NCBI RefSeq assembly: GCF_964194025.1
Contig: NC_134472.1
Span: 74,214,001 to 74,278,000, forward strand
Length of the DNA: 64,000 nucleotides
From: Convolutriloba macropyga
Lineage: Eukaryota
Direction: 5' to 3'
In this document: piece after piece, positions 62,145 to 64,000 of the stretch
How the letters are laid out: every line of letters begins with the position of its first letter
Position numbering within the stretch: the stretch's first letter is position 1
The notes under the pieces: generated by a model
The model's database searches: none
Told to the model about the DNA's origin: nothing
Seen by the model: only the letters and a program-made list of their open reading frames with translations
Program-made: the position numbers and the translations under genes

Positions 62145-62470
62145 TGTTAACACTCGTGTAGCAGATGAAAAACTGAATGTACACCTCCAATAAATCAGAG
62201 ACTGAGAAGACACTATTCTCTTATATATAGTGCTTGCACGGCTGACCTCAATCAGTTTAGTAGAAGTAGATGATTACACCATATGTATACTTTACGCATT
62301 GACTCCGGTGATATGTAAATTATACACCGTTATAATTAAAGTATATCTTCAGCGTTTTACAGAGTCGGTTAGTCTGAGAAATAGGTAAGTCTACTTCGCG
62401 CGCAGAAATAAGTAGCCCTAACTCTTTATACTTAAGGTCGTAAAAGGAGCCCACAAAGGGTCTGCTTTAC
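62145..62470 (-). repeat. Inverted copy of the 58111-58425 repeat
   Basis: Reverse complement aligns along its length with moderate divergence. Confidence 0.7.
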
Positions 62471-62802
62471 TAGCAATTATCAAAAATGAGCTAATTTATG
62501 ATATTCGTCCAAATTGATTTATTCATCAACGACCTGAAGGCACCTTAACCATTTTGGGTCAAGCTAATGTCCAACGATAAAAAAAAACTAGATGAACACT
62601 CTAAATTTTCCTCGTGTGAATCAGACAAAAATTCTTGTATTTATACCCGAATTCTCATATAAAAACGAACATAAGACTTTAGGACCACTTACACGATTTT
62701 CTCGAGCTTAACCACACAACTTTTCCTGTGAAACACACGATAAATCATGTGAAAACAGACGATTTTTTGCATGTTTCCTTAAGACGAAATCATCTGATGT
62801 CG

Positions 62803-63120
62803 NNNNNNNNNNNNNNNNNNNNNNNNNNNNNNNNNNNNNNNNNNNNNNNNNNNNNNNNNNNNNNNNNNNNNNNNNNNNNNNNNNNNNNNNNNNNNNNNNN
62901 NNNNNNNNNNNNNNNNNNNNNNNNNNNNNNNNNNNNNNNNNNNNNNNNNNNNNNNNNNNNNNNNNNNNNNNNNNNNNNNNNNNNNNNNNNNNNNNNNNNN
63001 NNNNNNNNNNNNNNNNNNNNNNNNNNNNNNNNNNNNNNNNNNNNNNNNNNNNNNNNNNNNNNNNNNNNNNNNNNNNNNNNNNNNNNNNNNNNNNNNNNNN
63101 NNNNNNNNNNNNNNNNNNNN
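62803..63120. other. Assembly gap (N run)
   Basis: Run of N. Confidence 1.
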
Positions 63121-63214
63121 TGATTTTCACACCAATTTCTTTCGCAAAAACGCTAAAGTTAGGCTGTTCGAGACAGTCATTTAATGGATTCTCTGTTGTT
63201 TGATGACGGTAATT

Positions 63215-63547
63215 AATTGCCCTTGAACGAATTCTGAGGCAACTATTGTAAAGGTGTTACTTTTCAATGCAAAATTTTTGCCTGACCGTTTTCCTCTAGA
63301 AGATTCTTTTGATTTCATTTCTTGAGTGACTTTTTCACGCTTGATTTCTGAGGTTTCTGAGTGATTTGGGAGTGTAGCGTAGTGGGTAATGTCCTAATAT
63401 TTACTCGAAGTAGACGAGGGTTCGAGCCCCTCCGTTGTCAGAAGTTTTTGCATCATAAAAGTTTCTCTGGCCTATGCCCCCATCTAAATTGTCTGCCTCG
63501 CTAGTCGTTCGAGAGCACTTCGACCGACTTCAGTCAGTTTATGTTTT
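63215..63547 (+). mobile_element. Family A short copy with tRNA-like cassette
   Basis: Imperfect subTIRs at 63215-63230 and 63505-63520. A box TAGCGTAGTGG (63375), B box GGTTCGAGCCC (63419), hairpin remnant and TTTATGTTTT end. Confidence 0.72.
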
Positions 63548-63614
63548 CATATGTCGAGGCCTAGACTATAGTTGAAGAGTTATTTCCTAATTATTATCAA
63601 TACTAGCCTTTCAG

Positions 63615-63850
63615 GACGATACTCAGCTGCAGTCAACTCGACATTCTCTCACGCCAATCGAATATTCCCTGTAAAGTACGAGAGCATGTCTGCAGATGCT
63701 CTAGAGTTTGCCCAAACCCTCCGCAAACAGATTCTAGGCAGCGCCTTAGATGGTGACGCTGTTGCGTGGATAAAGAAGAATATAATCACTCATAGATCGA
63801 AAGGATCGTCTTACGAATTGTCGGACGAGTTTTCAAAGAAAGCAAAACAG
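63615..63850 (+). CDS. CHST-type sulfotransferase exon 6 (3' boundary uncertain; gene probably continues beyond the window)
   Basis: TTTCAG| phase 1; RIFPVKYESMSADALEFAQTL...AVAWIKKN resembles the CHST region RY..VRYEDL..DP...WI. The donor may be at 63851 or 63878. Confidence 0.75.
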
Positions 63851-64000
63851 GTTAAAGAATGCGTCCATTTTTCAAAGGTGGTTAATTATAAACTTTGACA
63901 GCTGGCAAACTAGTTATATTTATTAACTATTTGATATACTTTTATTTGATTTTATCCCAAATTGAAATGTTTTAGTACCAATTGAAGTTTACAGATGTGT

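Noticed and set aside
60922-63130. Poly-X ORFs
   Set aside because: Artefacts of N gaps.

Overview
AT-rich, repeat-dense eukaryotic (probably invertebrate animal) genomic DNA with two assembly gaps. I reconstructed two spliced + strand genes by hand, and most of their exons are missing from the ORF track. The first is a complete USP44/USP49-type deubiquitinase (4 coding exons, 8871-26065, about 698 aa). The second is a CHST-type Golgi carbohydrate sulfotransferase (at least 6 exons, 42281 to beyond 63850). Introns and the intergenic region hold a degenerate Ty3/gypsy element (32255-39490, TSD TTGCC), a degenerate Ty1/copia element (46389-51392, TSD TATTT), an internally deleted Penelope-like element, several MITEs with verifiable TSDs, and two families of Helentron/DINE-1-like non-autonomous elements. 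The most striking observation concerns one Helentron-like family. It has co-varying subterminal inverted repeats and an internal tRNA-like Pol III cassette, and in one copy a single internal 62-bp segment has expanded into a 3.1-kb satellite with higher-order repeats. All alignments were done by eye, so family names are inferred from motifs and structure.
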